A stretch of 61,282 nt of DNA, the filler included, from a bacterium (GTDB taxonomy: Bacteria > UBA9089 > CG2-30-40-21 > SBAY01), in the NCBI GenBank assembly GCA_040757115.1. It is 4 parts of 4 records of this genome, joined end to end, with 100 filler letters (N's around TTAATTAATTAA, not from the genome) between each part and the next. Parts side by side here need not be neighbours in the genome. Positions count along the whole stretch, not along the records: positions 31,055 to 46,195 come from JBFLYA010000087.1; positions 46,296 to 61,282 come from JBFLYA010000089.1; 2 more parts are not named here. One strand, 5' to 3'. This document shows, in pieces, positions 44,632 through 54,140 of this stretch. The translations under genes and the position numbers were made by a program. Within the stretch, counting starts at the first letter, position 1, and the number at the start of each line of letters is the position of its first letter. The notes under the pieces are model-generated. The model was given only the letters and a program-made list of their open reading frames with translations, was not told the DNA's origin and made no database searches.

Positions 44632-44846
44632 GTAACTGTTCACCGCAGAGACAAAAGAGTTCGCACAGAAAAAAATTAAAATCTATTTACGATACGCAAC
44701 AATTCTGGCTTGCCTGCTGAACATTCGGCAAGCACGTCCTATGTATTTCCATGTCTGCCTCAATAATCTTTTCTGTTATCTGATTTATTTCTATGTCTTC
44801 TCTGTTCCTCTGCGTCTCTGCGGTAAATTACCACCTGAACGGTTAC
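44632..44846 (-). mobile_element. Miniature element, family C, with gutted GxxExxY-like gene
   Basis: Reverse strand translates IEINQITEKIIEADMEIHRT...RIVNRF* between CCGCAGAGACGCAGAG arms. Confidence 0.75.
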
Positions 44847-44855
44847 AATATTGGA

Positions 44856-46043
44856 TTAATGTCCCCAGAGAGAGAGTGCGCGGAAGGTCTCACCAATAAG
44901 GTTGGATTTATAGAATTTAGCCTTTTGTTTTGCTTGTAATTCAGAGGTTTCTGCTTTTTCTTTTGCTTTTATAGATGCCATTAAACTTTTTGTATAGCCA
45001 CCGGCCTGGTGAGCGACCTGGGCTACTTCTAATAAATCTTGTGCATCTTTAAGCATGTCCGGTGAGTATTTATCTGCTTGAGCGGATTTAGCTCTGGCAA
45101 TTGCCTTTTTAGCCTCTTCAATAGAGTAATTTGCCTCATTTTTTTGTGAGTCAATGATATTCGCTATCCTTTCCTCGACGCGCATTGCACGTTCTAAAAA
45201 CAAATCTTTTTCTTCTTTGATTTTTTTGCGGTCTTCTTCCAGTTTTCTTTTTTCAGCCGCGGCTAAAGCACTTTGTTCTTCTGCTTGCTTTTTAGCCTCT
45301 TCAAGCAATTTTTTCTCTTCAAGTAACCGTTGTTTTTCTGCGTTTAAAACTAATGATTTTTCTTGTAATGTAAGTGCCTTTTGTTCAAGGTCTAATATCT
45401 TTTCTTCCTGATTTGAGATTTTCTTTTCTGAATCTTTTAGCGTAGATTGTATCTGTTTCTTTTCCTCTTCTACTTTCTTTCGTTCTTTATCACTTACAAC
45501 TTTCTCTTGTTCTAAAGCAAGAAGTTTCTCTTCAATAATATTTTTTTCTTCCTCTAACCTTTTCTTTGCCTCAATAGCGTTTTTCATCTCCTGTTCTACA
45601 TTTTCAATGCTCTTTTCAATTTCAAGTTTTTCTGTTTCACTCAAGATTTTCTCTTCTGGCACTTCTTTGATTTCAATCTTTGGTTCTTCTTCAATTTCAA
45701 CTTTGGGGTTTTCAATTATTGTTGGAGGTTGGACAATCAGTTTTGGTTTTACTGGTGATTTTTTAACTGTCTTAGGTTCTTTCTCCACTTTTGGTTTAGG
45801 TTCTTCTATGGGTTTTTCTTTCAATATCTCGATTTCTTCCTCTGATAATTCCTTTTTAACCAGTGGTTTAATTTCTTTTTCCTCTTTTATAGGTAATTGA
45901 GTTTTAACCTCGCTAACTCCAGGTTCTGGTGTTTCCTGCTCAGTTAGTTGGACCCCCGCTAAAACTAATAAAACCATAAAAGTACATCCTGAGATAATTA
46001 ACAAAGTAATTGTTGTCATCAATATCCCTTTGTTTGATTGCAT
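44856..46043 (-). CDS. Membrane-anchored coiled-coil protein with DUF4398-like C-terminus
   Basis: N-terminal transmembrane helix, Pro/Glu/Lys linker, long coiled coil, AKSAQADKYSP motif; RBS GGAGG. Confidence 0.7.
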   Translation of the reverse strand: MQSNKGILMTTITLLIISGCTFMVLLVLAGVQLTEQETPEPGVSEVKTQLPIKEEKEIKPLVKKELSEEEIEILKEKPIEEPKPKVEKEPKTVKKSPVKPKLIVQPPTIIENPKVEIEEEPKIEIKEVPEEKILSETEKLEIEKSIENVEQEMKNAIEAKKRLEEEKNIIEEKLLALEQEKVVSDKERKKVEEEKKQIQSTLKDSEKKISNQEEKILDLEQKALTLQEKSLVLNAEKQRLLEEKKLLEEAKKQAEEQSALAAAEKRKLEEDRKKIKEEKDLFLERAMRVEERIANIIDSQKNEANYSIEEAKKAIARAKSAQADKYSPDMLKDAQDLLEVAQVAHQAGGYTKSLMASIKAKEKAETSELQAKQKAKFYKSNLIGETFRALSLWGH

Positions 46044-46064
46044 AATATTAAACCTCCTTTTTTC

Positions 46065-46195
46065 GTAGGCGTTCAGGTGGTGTAACAAAAGGAGATGTGG
46101 AGATTAAGGAGATAGGGAGATATTATTAAAAAAATTGAAATTAATAGAAACTAATAGAAATTTATGGAAATTTGTTGTTTTCCACAATCAATTTC
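46065..46195. mobile_element. Family A element, partial at contig end (other partial copies at 1-122 and 61159-61282)
   Basis: Same sequence as the left half of 44250-44486. Confidence 0.8.
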
Positions 46196-46503
46196 NNNNN
46201 NNNNNNNNNNNNNNNNNNNNNNNNNNNNNNNNNNNNNNNTTAATTAATTAANNNNNNNNNNNNNNNNNNNNNNNNNNNNNNNNNNNNNNNNNNNNCCTTA
46301 TCAACCAGGGAAAACAGTCAAATCATTTTGTGGGGATTCATACTGTAGTGCCAAAACTCAACCTCTCTACTCTGTAAGTTGTTGATAATACAAGACTTAT
46401 TTTTTTAAGCGGCGAAGTTGGGTTGTGGGTAACGATAAGCTTTAAAAAAGGGGATAATCCTTTAATCTTTGTGTCTTAGTGTCTTTGTGGCTGAACAGTT
46501 TAG

Positions 46504-47430
46504 CTACAAACAGGAGTTAAAAATTCCCATTTCCCTAAATTGATTAGACAATCTTTCCTTTAAACAGTCGATAAATTCGGTGGTTAAAGATGTAAGTTCT
46601 TTTTCTCGACTATAAATAAGATTGAAATCAAATCGAGAGTCTATGTTGGCTATAGGGATAATATCTATATTCTCCGGCTTTTTAATAAATGAGGATTTTG
46701 CGACAAAAGAGATACCAAGATTCTCTGCAACCGCACTTTTAACGGCCTCTGTTGAATCCAGTTCCATTTTGATATTTAAATCAGAAAGTTTGATGCCATA
46801 TTTAGTCAATATTTCTTCCATTATCTTCCTTGTTCCTGAACCTTCTTCTCGAATAATTATTGGCTCGGACAATAACTCGCTAATTTCTATCTGCTTTTTA
46901 GATGTCCATAGATGTGAAGTTGAAGTAATAAGGATTAATTCGTCCTCATATACCTTTTCGACACTGAAAGAATGATTATCGATTTTGTCCTCAACCAGGG
47001 CTAAATTAAAGGCATTCGCCGATAGCTGTTTTAAAATCTGGTTTGTGTTGGCTACTTTTAAATAAATATCTACCCCGCCATCTTCTTTTCTAAAGGTGCT
47101 AATTATTCTTGGCAGAACATACTCACCTAATGTTGTGCTGGCACCAATGATTAACTTACCATTGCTTGAATTTCTGAAATGGCTTATCTCCAGAATCGCC
47201 TTTTCATAAAGAGCCAGTATTTGCTCTGTAAAGCCGCGTAATATTCTACCTTCTTGCGTGAGTAAAACACCTTCTTTTTCTCGTAAAAACAGTTTTACGG
47301 CTAACTTATCTTCCAGTCTCTTAATCTGGTGGCTGACTGCAGACTGGGTAATGTATAATTCATCACCTGTCTTTGAGAAGCTTTTTAATTGAGCCACCTT
47401 TTGAAATACCCTTAGAGTAAAATCATCCGT
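46504..47430 (-). CDS. LysR-family regulator (CysL-like), apparent ACG start
   Basis: LRVFQKVAQLKSFSK..ELYITQSAVSHQIKRLE, GASTTLGEYVLP, REEGSGTR. Confidence 0.85.
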   Translation of the reverse strand, partial: TDDFTLRVFQKVAQLKSFSKTGDELYITQSAVSHQIKRLEDKLAVKLFLREKEGVLLTQEGRILRGFTEQILALYEKAILEISHFRNSSNGKLIIGASTTLGEYVLPRIISTFRKEDGGVDIYLKVANTNQILKQLSANAFNLALVEDKIDNHSFSVEKVYEDELILITSTSHLWTSKKQIEISELLSEPIIIREEGSGTRKIMEEILTKYGIKLSDLNIKMELDSTEAVKSAVAENLGISFVAKSSFIKKPENIDIIPIANIDSRFDFNLIYSREKELTSLTTEFIDCLKERLSNQFREMGIFNSCL

Positions 47431-47479
47431 TTGACACCTCTTACTTCTTACTTTTTATCCGAGAGTCTTCATTTAATAC

Positions 47480-47923
47480 TCAATTACCAATTCCCAGTTT
47501 TAAGTCATTATCCATCTTGACCAAATCCTCAAGAGTAGTTGAATCTAAAATCTCGCTTACCTTTTCTCCAACCTTTTTCCAGAGTAATCTTGCGGCACAT
47601 TCTGGCGACCGATGGCATTCCTTATGACTTACCTCTGGATTAACACAAAATACCGGCTCAATATAGCCTTCAAGAGTTCTGATTATCTCCCCCGTAGTAA
47701 TTTCAGCTGGTTTTTTAGTCAAGCGATAGCCACCAGCAGGTCCTCTTGTGCTTTCTACCAAGCCGGCTCTTTTTAATTTAACCATCAGTTGTTCTATATA
47801 TTGTGAAGTAATCTCCTGGTTTTTTGAAATTTCAGTTGCCGGGACAAATTTTCCGGTCGTCCCGTGTAATGCTAACTCAAGCATTGACCTGAGTGCATAT
47901 CTGCCTTTTGTGGAAAGCCACAT
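47480..47923 (-). CDS. Rrf2-family regulator (IscR/CymR-like)
   Basis: LSTKGRYALR, YIEQL, STRGPAGGY, three Cys; RBS GGAGGT. Confidence 0.9.
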   Translation of the reverse strand: MWLSTKGRYALRSMLELALHGTTGKFVPATEISKNQEITSQYIEQLMVKLKRAGLVESTRGPAGGYRLTKKPAEITTGEIIRTLEGYIEPVFCVNPEVSHKECHRSPECAARLLWKKVGEKVSEILDSTTLEDLVKMDNDLKLGIGN

Positions 47924-47976
47924 CGGACTTTTACCTCCTTTCCAATTAGAATAGACCATAATGACTATTTCTTTCT

Positions 47977-48384
47977 CTAAAATAGTATCTCCACGGCTTG
48001 ATACGGGCATGCCTTGAGGCAAAGACCGCAAACAATACAGCGTTCAGAATCAAAGGAGACCCTCATTTGCTCCCGGTTAACACTTAAGGTATCAGAGGGA
48101 CAGATAGGAATGCACGCTGTACAATGAACACATTTTGCCTCATTCCACCGGACATCCTGAGCTAACGGTTGAATACTTACTCCCAATCCCTTCAGGTAAT
48201 CCATTCCGCCGGCCAGTTTCTCCCTTTGCCCGCCTATCTCTACCACCAATCTACCTTCTTCATTCGGATTAACTTTGGCACTTAAGATATTAACTATCAA
48301 ATCGTAGTCTTTAATTAGATGACAGGTAATTGGTTGTTCGACAATCTCTTTGGGAAATGTTAAAACCACTCGTTTCTTAATCAT
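47977..48384 (-). CDS. NIL-domain + 2x[4Fe-4S] ferredoxin (partner of the DUF39 enzyme)
   Basis: NIL motif; CVHCTACIPICP and CIVCGLCLKACP. Confidence 0.88.
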   Translation of the reverse strand: MIKKRVVLTFPKEIVEQPITCHLIKDYDLIVNILSAKVNPNEEGRLVVEIGGQREKLAGGMDYLKGLGVSIQPLAQDVRWNEAKCVHCTACIPICPSDTLSVNREQMRVSFDSERCIVCGLCLKACPYQAVEILF

Positions 48385-48556
48385 ACTTTCTCCTGAAAAT
48401 AGGAAGTAGAAAGTAGAGAGTAGAAAGTAGAAAGTAAAGAAAACATCACTCCTCACGCCTATCTCCTTACCTCCCACCTTCTACCTCCTACCTACTATTT
48501 TCATCCTCATTTGTGAACACACGGTTCATGAGCGTTTCTCCTAACTATCTAAACGA

Positions 48557-49753
48557 TTATCTTTCTTTTAATGCCTTGAGTCTAATCTTCGAATCAACTG
48601 ATGGAAGTTTTTGCACAGGTTCAGTTAACAGAAATTCACCTTTGCGTATCCATTCCTTGAGTATGTCCGCTATTTCTCTTGCTTTGGCATAGCTTGATAA
48701 TCCACCAGTAGGAACCTCTTTGTTTCGAACGATTATTTTACCAGATTTTAGCTGAGCATAATTCACTTCAGCAAGACTCCCTGGTTTACCTTGTGGGTAT
48801 GCCTCGCTGTAATCTATTACCTGGGTGTAAATTTCTTCATCCTTAACTGCGGTATATTGGCAGATTTCCTCGTTGAGGATAGGAATAGGCACACCAATTC
48901 CTACAGCTAATGTTACTCCATAGCCGGTCATACTCACTCCCCGTAACCATTCAGGATTTATCTGTTTTAAATCACCAAGAACCGCCAATGTCCCGGCTGG
49001 ACTCTTTGGAATTCCCTTATCCGTCCGAGCTACATTGGGATTATGTTGAGTCCCCTGCCAAACAATGTAGCCTACTCCACCACCCAGGAATATTCTCGTT
49101 CCCATGCCAATAGTAAGATAGAGTGGGTCGTTGAGCAATGGAGACAGTTGTCCCGCACTACAATAGTTAGCATTCCCCAATCCTGGCTGTAAAACCCCCA
49201 TATAGGTATAGATAACTGTATTTGAAAGATTTACTGCAACATTATAGTTCTGGTAGCAATTTCTTGGATTAAATAACACTGCCTCATTTAAGTCTTCAAT
49301 ATTAATCCAGGTATCAAGTTCTTTGCGAGGATAGCAATCTGTCCCGTAAGAGATTGCCTTCAGACGAATGTCCTTTCCGGCAACCAACTCTTCGATTATG
49401 TGTCCGCCACCATATTTGAATGCCCCTAGATAAATGCTGTTCGCCGGGTCATTTTCAGGAATTTCGGTTGCACCCAGAAAAACATCTACCGCCGCTAAAC
49501 CTGCATGAGCTGGAACATTATTTAACCAGACCTTTTGAGCCTTGATTTTTGGTTTAGAATGACCAAAATTGAAGTAAACCTCTGAAGAGCACATCGGGCC
49601 AAAAGTAGCTGTGGTAACCACATCCACCTCTTTGGCTGCTTGCTTTACACCCTTCTTATCCACCAACCCGATAATCTCTTCCGCGGTTACCACCACAACT
49701 TCACCCTTTTTAATCCGCTCGTTAATCTGGGCAATGGTCTTAACCATTTCCAA
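48557..49753 (-). CDS. DUF39 homocysteine biosynthesis protein (aspartate-semialdehyde sulfurtransferase, MA1821-like)
   Basis: KTIAQINERI, VDVVTTATFGPMCSS, GTDCYPRK, NPRNCYQNY, GQLSPLLNDP. Confidence 0.88.
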   Translation of the reverse strand: MEMVKTIAQINERIKKGEVVVVTAEEIIGLVDKKGVKQAAKEVDVVTTATFGPMCSSEVYFNFGHSKPKIKAQKVWLNNVPAHAGLAAVDVFLGATEIPENDPANSIYLGAFKYGGGHIIEELVAGKDIRLKAISYGTDCYPRKELDTWINIEDLNEAVLFNPRNCYQNYNVAVNLSNTVIYTYMGVLQPGLGNANYCSAGQLSPLLNDPLYLTIGMGTRIFLGGGVGYIVWQGTQHNPNVARTDKGIPKSPAGTLAVLGDLKQINPEWLRGVSMTGYGVTLAVGIGVPIPILNEEICQYTAVKDEEIYTQVIDYSEAYPQGKPGSLAEVNYAQLKSGKIIVRNKEVPTGGLSSYAKAREIADILKEWIRKGEFLLTEPVQKLPSVDSKIRLKALKER

Positions 49754-49809
49754 CCATCTTCCTTTCTTGAAACTTGTGAATATACTTGAGTATTTCTATC
49801 AACAATTAT

Positions 49810-49923
49810 ATTATACCATATCTGAGTAATTTTGTCAACAATCATTTTTTAACTGACTATGACTTTTTCTCATAGAGTTATAAGAATTACTCATTTGACA
49901 AATAGTTAATCAAGGGTTATATT
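49810..49923. promoter_or_regulatory. Divergent sigma70 promoters with tandem LysR-type T-N11-A boxes
   Basis: Minus strand TTGACA(49838)-17-TATAAT; plus strand TTGACA(49895)-17-TATATT; boxes ATGACTTTTTCTCAT 49859-49873 and ATAAGAATTACTCAT 49880-49894. Confidence 0.7.
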
Positions 49924-49977
49924 ATAAGTAGAATATATATAAATAATTTGCTTAACAATACAAGGAGGTAAAAACAA

Positions 49978-51141
49978 ATGAAAAAGGTAGTAATTTTAGG
50001 TGGAGGAAGTGCAGGGGTGATGTTTGCCAACAGAATGAGGAAGGAGTTTAGTGAAGATGCAGTCCAGATGACGGTGATTGAAAAAAGTGAGACGCATATT
50101 TATCAGCCGGCATTTACCTTAGTAGTGTTTGAGTTAGACCAGCCGGAAAATCTTACAAAACCAATGAAAAACCTGTTTTTTGAGGGAATTAACTTAATCA
50201 CTGATGAGGCAACGAAGATAGAACCGAAAGAAAACAGAGTAATGACTTCAAAATCTGGTGAAATTTCTTATGACTATCTCGTTATTGCCACAGGTGCAAG
50301 ATTAATCTATGATGAGCCTGAGGGAATGTTAAAAGGGCTTGAGAAGGGTGAAAATGTATTTATGTTTTATTGCCTTGATGGAGCAATACGACTCAGAGAG
50401 GCAGTAAAGAGATTTGAAGGTGGCACAATAGTTTCATCTATTTGCCAGATGCCGATAAAATGCCCTGCCGCTCCTGTAAAATTCATTATGCTGGCAGAAA
50501 ATACTATGAGACGCAGGGGGATAAGAGATAAATGTAGATTTGTATTCACCACGCCAATGTCGGATGTCTTCTCCAGGCAGCCTTATGCGGCTAAACTAAA
50601 TAGCATCTTTAAGGAAAGAGGCATAGAGGCAATTGCAAATTTTACCCCATCAGAGGTTGATTATGAAAAAGGTGTGATAAAATCCTTTACAAAAGGACAA
50701 GAACCTGTCCAGTTTGATTTGCTTTGTATTACTCCACCACACGAAGGCCAACCCCTTATCGAAAATTCAGAAGGTGTAGGAAATGCCGCAGGTTGGGTTA
50801 CCTGTGATAAGAATCTGATGGTCCATACTACTTTTCCCAATATCTATGGGATTGGAGATGCAACCGATTTCCCAACATCAAAAACTGCCTCTGGAGTAAG
50901 AAAGCAAGCTAAGGTTCTAACCGAGCGAATGAAATCACTCATAAAAGGTGAAAAGCCAACCGCGACCTACGATGGAGAGGTAATATGCCCGATGCCAACC
51001 AGATATGGCAAGGCGTTGTTTGCAGAATTTAACTATACGGAAAGCATCTCGCCAGCTATTGAGAGTTATTTTAACTGGATGGTTAAGGTTCATATGCTCA
51101 GACCACTTTACTGGAATCTTATGCTTAATGGCTTGATGTAA
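49978..51141 (+). CDS. sqr: Sulfide:quinone oxidoreductase (FAD-dependent)
   Basis: ILGGGSAG, YQPAF, KCPAAP, GDAT..PTSKT, YDGEVICP. Confidence 0.85.
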   Translation: MKKVVILGGGSAGVMFANRMRKEFSEDAVQMTVIEKSETHIYQPAFTLVVFELDQPENLTKPMKNLFFEGINLITDEATKIEPKENRVMTSKSGEISYDYLVIATGARLIYDEPEGMLKGLEKGENVFMFYCLDGAIRLREAVKRFEGGTIVSSICQMPIKCPAAPVKFIMLAENTMRRRGIRDKCRFVFTTPMSDVFSRQPYAAKLNSIFKERGIEAIANFTPSEVDYEKGVIKSFTKGQEPVQFDLLCITPPHEGQPLIENSEGVGNAAGWVTCDKNLMVHTTFPNIYGIGDATDFPTSKTASGVRKQAKVLTERMKSLIKGEKPTATYDGEVICPMPTRYGKALFAEFNYTESISPAIESYFNWMVKVHMLRPLYWNLMLNGLM

Positions 51142-51194
51142 TTAAGGTAAGTAGTCAAGCCACCCATACTAAAAATAATAAGAGGTAAAAGAAG

Positions 51195-52058
51195 ATGGTA
51201 AATGATATATTAAAAACAATTAAAGATAGTACTAACCAGATAAATGAATTACACCGCAGGTTTAAGATAATCGAAAACCTTATCACGGATATAACGCCTG
51301 GTTTTGAAAGGGTTTGTAAGGAAACTAACCCGATTGTTCGAGAATTAAGAGAGAAGTTTGAGCGAGACGAAACTTTAACATTTGTCATGAGAATTGGAGA
51401 TAGTATCCCATCTTTTGTAAGGCTTTTGGAGGTGATGAATGCTGTAAAAGGCTTGCTTGAGGACTTATCTTCAGTGCCTGATAAAATCTCTAAGGAAACA
51501 CTTCCTATTGTCCGAGAGTTAAGAGAACGCTTTGAAAGGGATGAAACATTGAAACTCATCAAGCAGGTGGGAGACAATATACCGACCATGGTAAGGTTTC
51601 TGGAGATAATGCCGGCGGTAAAAGGGTTGATTGATGACCTATCGCCAGCTATCGACAAAATCCTGCATGAGACAGCACCTACAATAAAAATACTCCGCGA
51701 ATCCTTTGAAAAAGATGAAACCATAGAGATTCTTAAAAAGACTGGAGAAAACATTAACACCTTTAATAAACTTCTGGATACCCTGTCTACTCTGGATAAA
51801 AGTGGGGACCTCGAGATTATCCTGGAAAACGCCGTGGCTAAAGAAACAAGGTGTTTGATTAAAGTAATGGAAAACTGCGTAGTTAAAACTATGCAGGAGG
51901 TTAAGGAGAAACCTATTAAACCCGGGCTGGGAAAGATTATCTTTGCCATAAGAGAGCCTGAGGTTCAAAAGGGATTATTATTCCTGATGACCCTTGCCAG
52001 AAATATACCGCAGTGTATATTAGAAACTATGAAAGATAGCCCGCAAGGGGAAAGGTGA
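51195..52058 (+). CDS. DUF1641-like helical protein with ~58-aa internal repeats
   Basis: C-terminal GLGKIIFAIREPEVQKGL; repeated ET.P.V..LRE.FE.DET units; follows sqr. Confidence 0.7.
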   Translation: MVNDILKTIKDSTNQINELHRRFKIIENLITDITPGFERVCKETNPIVRELREKFERDETLTFVMRIGDSIPSFVRLLEVMNAVKGLLEDLSSVPDKISKETLPIVRELRERFERDETLKLIKQVGDNIPTMVRFLEIMPAVKGLIDDLSPAIDKILHETAPTIKILRESFEKDETIEILKKTGENINTFNKLLDTLSTLDKSGDLEIILENAVAKETRCLIKVMENCVVKTMQEVKEKPIKPGLGKIIFAIREPEVQKGLLFLMTLARNIPQCILETMKDSPQGER

Positions 52059-52067
52059 TAGCAACTA

Positions 52068-53711
52068 TTAAAATCTTAACCTGATTCCAAGGGCAAATCT
52101 GCGTTTTTGACCAGGATAACCTAAAAGATACTCATAGTCTTCACCGAGTAAATTCTCACAGGAAAATGAATAATACAGCGAATCATTAATTTTCTTTTCA
52201 GCAGTGATATTCACCAGGAAATAACTTTTTAACTTGGGAATATTGGGGGTAACTGTGCCAAAACTACTATCTGCATATTCCGTGTTCAAATTAATGGTTA
52301 GTTTTTCCCCATCTTTATATCTCAGCCCCATCTTCAATCTATTCTCAGGCACATTTGGAATCTCACCACCTGATTTATTCTTAGCATTAATACAGGAATA
52401 ACTTATATTCTGGCTTAACTTAGGACTAAAGTAATATCTAACTCCCAATTCTAATCCTGAAAATTTTGCTTTACCTATATTCTCAGGGCAATAGATATAA
52501 GTAGGTGAGCCTCCTGTCCAGATGATATATTTATCTACTCGTTGTGTCCAAATAGCCCCTTCTAAAAATAGCTCATCTGAGAATTGATAGTTAGCATCCA
52601 TTTTATATTTCCAGCTTTTTTCTGGTTCTATCTTTGAGTTTATCCCACTATAGTCCCGATTGACATAAAGTTCATCAAAGGTAGGCAATGATAATTTTCG
52701 CTCTATACTCCCTGACATATTTATTTTTTCTTTCAGGGTATAATGAAGATTAAACAAAAAATCTAACTGTGATGAAGAAAAACTATTCTCATATTTGTCT
52801 AAAGATACCTTTGCATCGAGAAGCATCTTAGGTGTAATTTTGAAGCGTTTACCTTCTGCATATAAAGAATAGAATTTCAATGTTCTACCCGCTATACTTT
52901 TTAACTTCTCGTGGTAAATATCAGTTCCAATAGACAATGGCGGATTGCCTTTTTTAAACGGTGTCAAAAATCCAAGATGGGCACCGATGGCATTATTTTT
53001 AGCCAACCATCCATTACTACTGATATTCCCTTTACCGATGTCCAGACCAAGTAACATTTTTGATTCGGGTGGAACTTTGACCTCATAATTGATGGATACT
53101 GATTTCCTTAACTTATTCTCGACAAAACCGCCTTGATAAGGAAGGGTTAAATCTTTATTTAGATATTCTATCTCCGTTCTCCATGAATATTTAGGGAAAT
53201 TAACAATTGTCTCTCCTGACAGGCAATCTTGACTGAATCGGTTAAAATAAGGGCGATTATCATAGGTAAATCCATCTGCTCTACCTCTATCGAGATGGAA
53301 ATAATAACCTACTTCTTTGGTCTCATTGCTATGGGTAAAGTCATAGAGCAGGGTTTCGTCATTCCCGTAAGCTAAGCCAAAGGAATATAAAGTGGGCTTA
53401 GGCATTTTTTGTGGTAGTTGACTTATCGGTTTTTTTATTTCCTCTTTTTTGGGTAAAACAGGTTCTGGTTCAAATTTTGGTGGTTTTACCTCCTCTATGG
53501 TATATGCTGGCGGTTCGATACTCGGAAGAGGTTTCATAATAATATCTTCTTCTTCCGCCTCTATTGCAGACCTATCTTTCCCAATAATAGACATCTCTTG
53601 CGGTTTAATCTTTGACTCCTCGCTTGAAGTTCCTTCAATAGCTAATACTACCCCCCATTTAAACAATACTACCCCAATGGCTATGGCTAAAATCCAACTA
53701 TTTTTTTTCAT
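52068..53711 (-). CDS. TonB-dependent-receptor-like outer-membrane barrel
   Basis: Signal peptide; LPTFDELY, EPEKSW, ENLLGEDY; terminal Phe. Confidence 0.8.
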   Translation of the reverse strand: MKKNSWILAIAIGVVLFKWGVVLAIEGTSSEESKIKPQEMSIIGKDRSAIEAEEEDIIMKPLPSIEPPAYTIEEVKPPKFEPEPVLPKKEEIKKPISQLPQKMPKPTLYSFGLAYGNDETLLYDFTHSNETKEVGYYFHLDRGRADGFTYDNRPYFNRFSQDCLSGETIVNFPKYSWRTEIEYLNKDLTLPYQGGFVENKLRKSVSINYEVKVPPESKMLLGLDIGKGNISSNGWLAKNNAIGAHLGFLTPFKKGNPPLSIGTDIYHEKLKSIAGRTLKFYSLYAEGKRFKITPKMLLDAKVSLDKYENSFSSSQLDFLFNLHYTLKEKINMSGSIERKLSLPTFDELYVNRDYSGINSKIEPEKSWKYKMDANYQFSDELFLEGAIWTQRVDKYIIWTGGSPTYIYCPENIGKAKFSGLELGVRYYFSPKLSQNISYSCINAKNKSGGEIPNVPENRLKMGLRYKDGEKLTINLNTEYADSSFGTVTPNIPKLKSYFLVNITAEKKINDSLYYSFSCENLLGEDYEYLLGYPGQKRRFALGIRLRF

Positions 53712-53745
53712 TTTTCTTTTCCTCCTTTTTTTTGGTAATTGGATA

Positions 53746-54100
53746 GCTGCAAAATTAGGAAACTGTAGTTTTTAAGCGGGTATTTAAAACCTCTATTTTT
53801 ATCAATTTCCTCCAAAAATCAAAATGCAAAAAGCAAATATAAAAATTACATATCAAAATGTAAAATTATCTCTTTCCTTTCAGCGTTAAAATACTTGAAG
53901 CAAAGATATTACCAAATTCCTCCAACTCTTTGAGAAACACTATCCTTTGGCAACTTATCGATGAATTCTATAAATCGCAGAGTAAAGTTATATCGTCTTT
54001 TCTCGAAATCCTTTTTGAAATTTGATTTGTAATTTTGCATTTTGATATTTGATATTTAATATTTATTTGTTGTCTCCCCCAAATCCTATTTTGCAGAACC
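53746..54100 (-). mobile_element. Palindrome-flanked element with internally deleted four-helix-bundle gene (53866-54040)
   Basis: MQNYKSNFKKDFEKRRYNFTLRFIEFIDKLPKDSVSQR joined out of frame to FLKELEEFGNIFASSILTLKGKR*; CTGCAAAA(T)TAGGA inverted ends; partial copy at 9086-9185. Confidence 0.65.
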
Positions 54101-54140
54101 CTATGTAATTAGCAATTGGTGAATGGTAATTAGTTACCCA

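Noticed and set aside
46340-46430. Possible IS end remnant near the contig start
   Set aside because: No transposase or matching second end is visible; cannot be supported.
49754-49810. SAM riboswitch or T-box upstream of the homocysteine genes or cimA
   Set aside because: Leaders are short and AT-rich and lack the conserved motifs.
51155-51968. Long antisense ORFs (also 216-605, 5782-6480, 20587-21045 and others)
   Set aside because: Shadows of well-supported genes on the opposite strand, with no recognisable motifs.
53866-54040. Diversity-generating retroelement suggested by the Avd-like four-helix-bundle stub
   Set aside because: No reverse transcriptase and no template/variable repeat pair with adenine-specific differences was seen.
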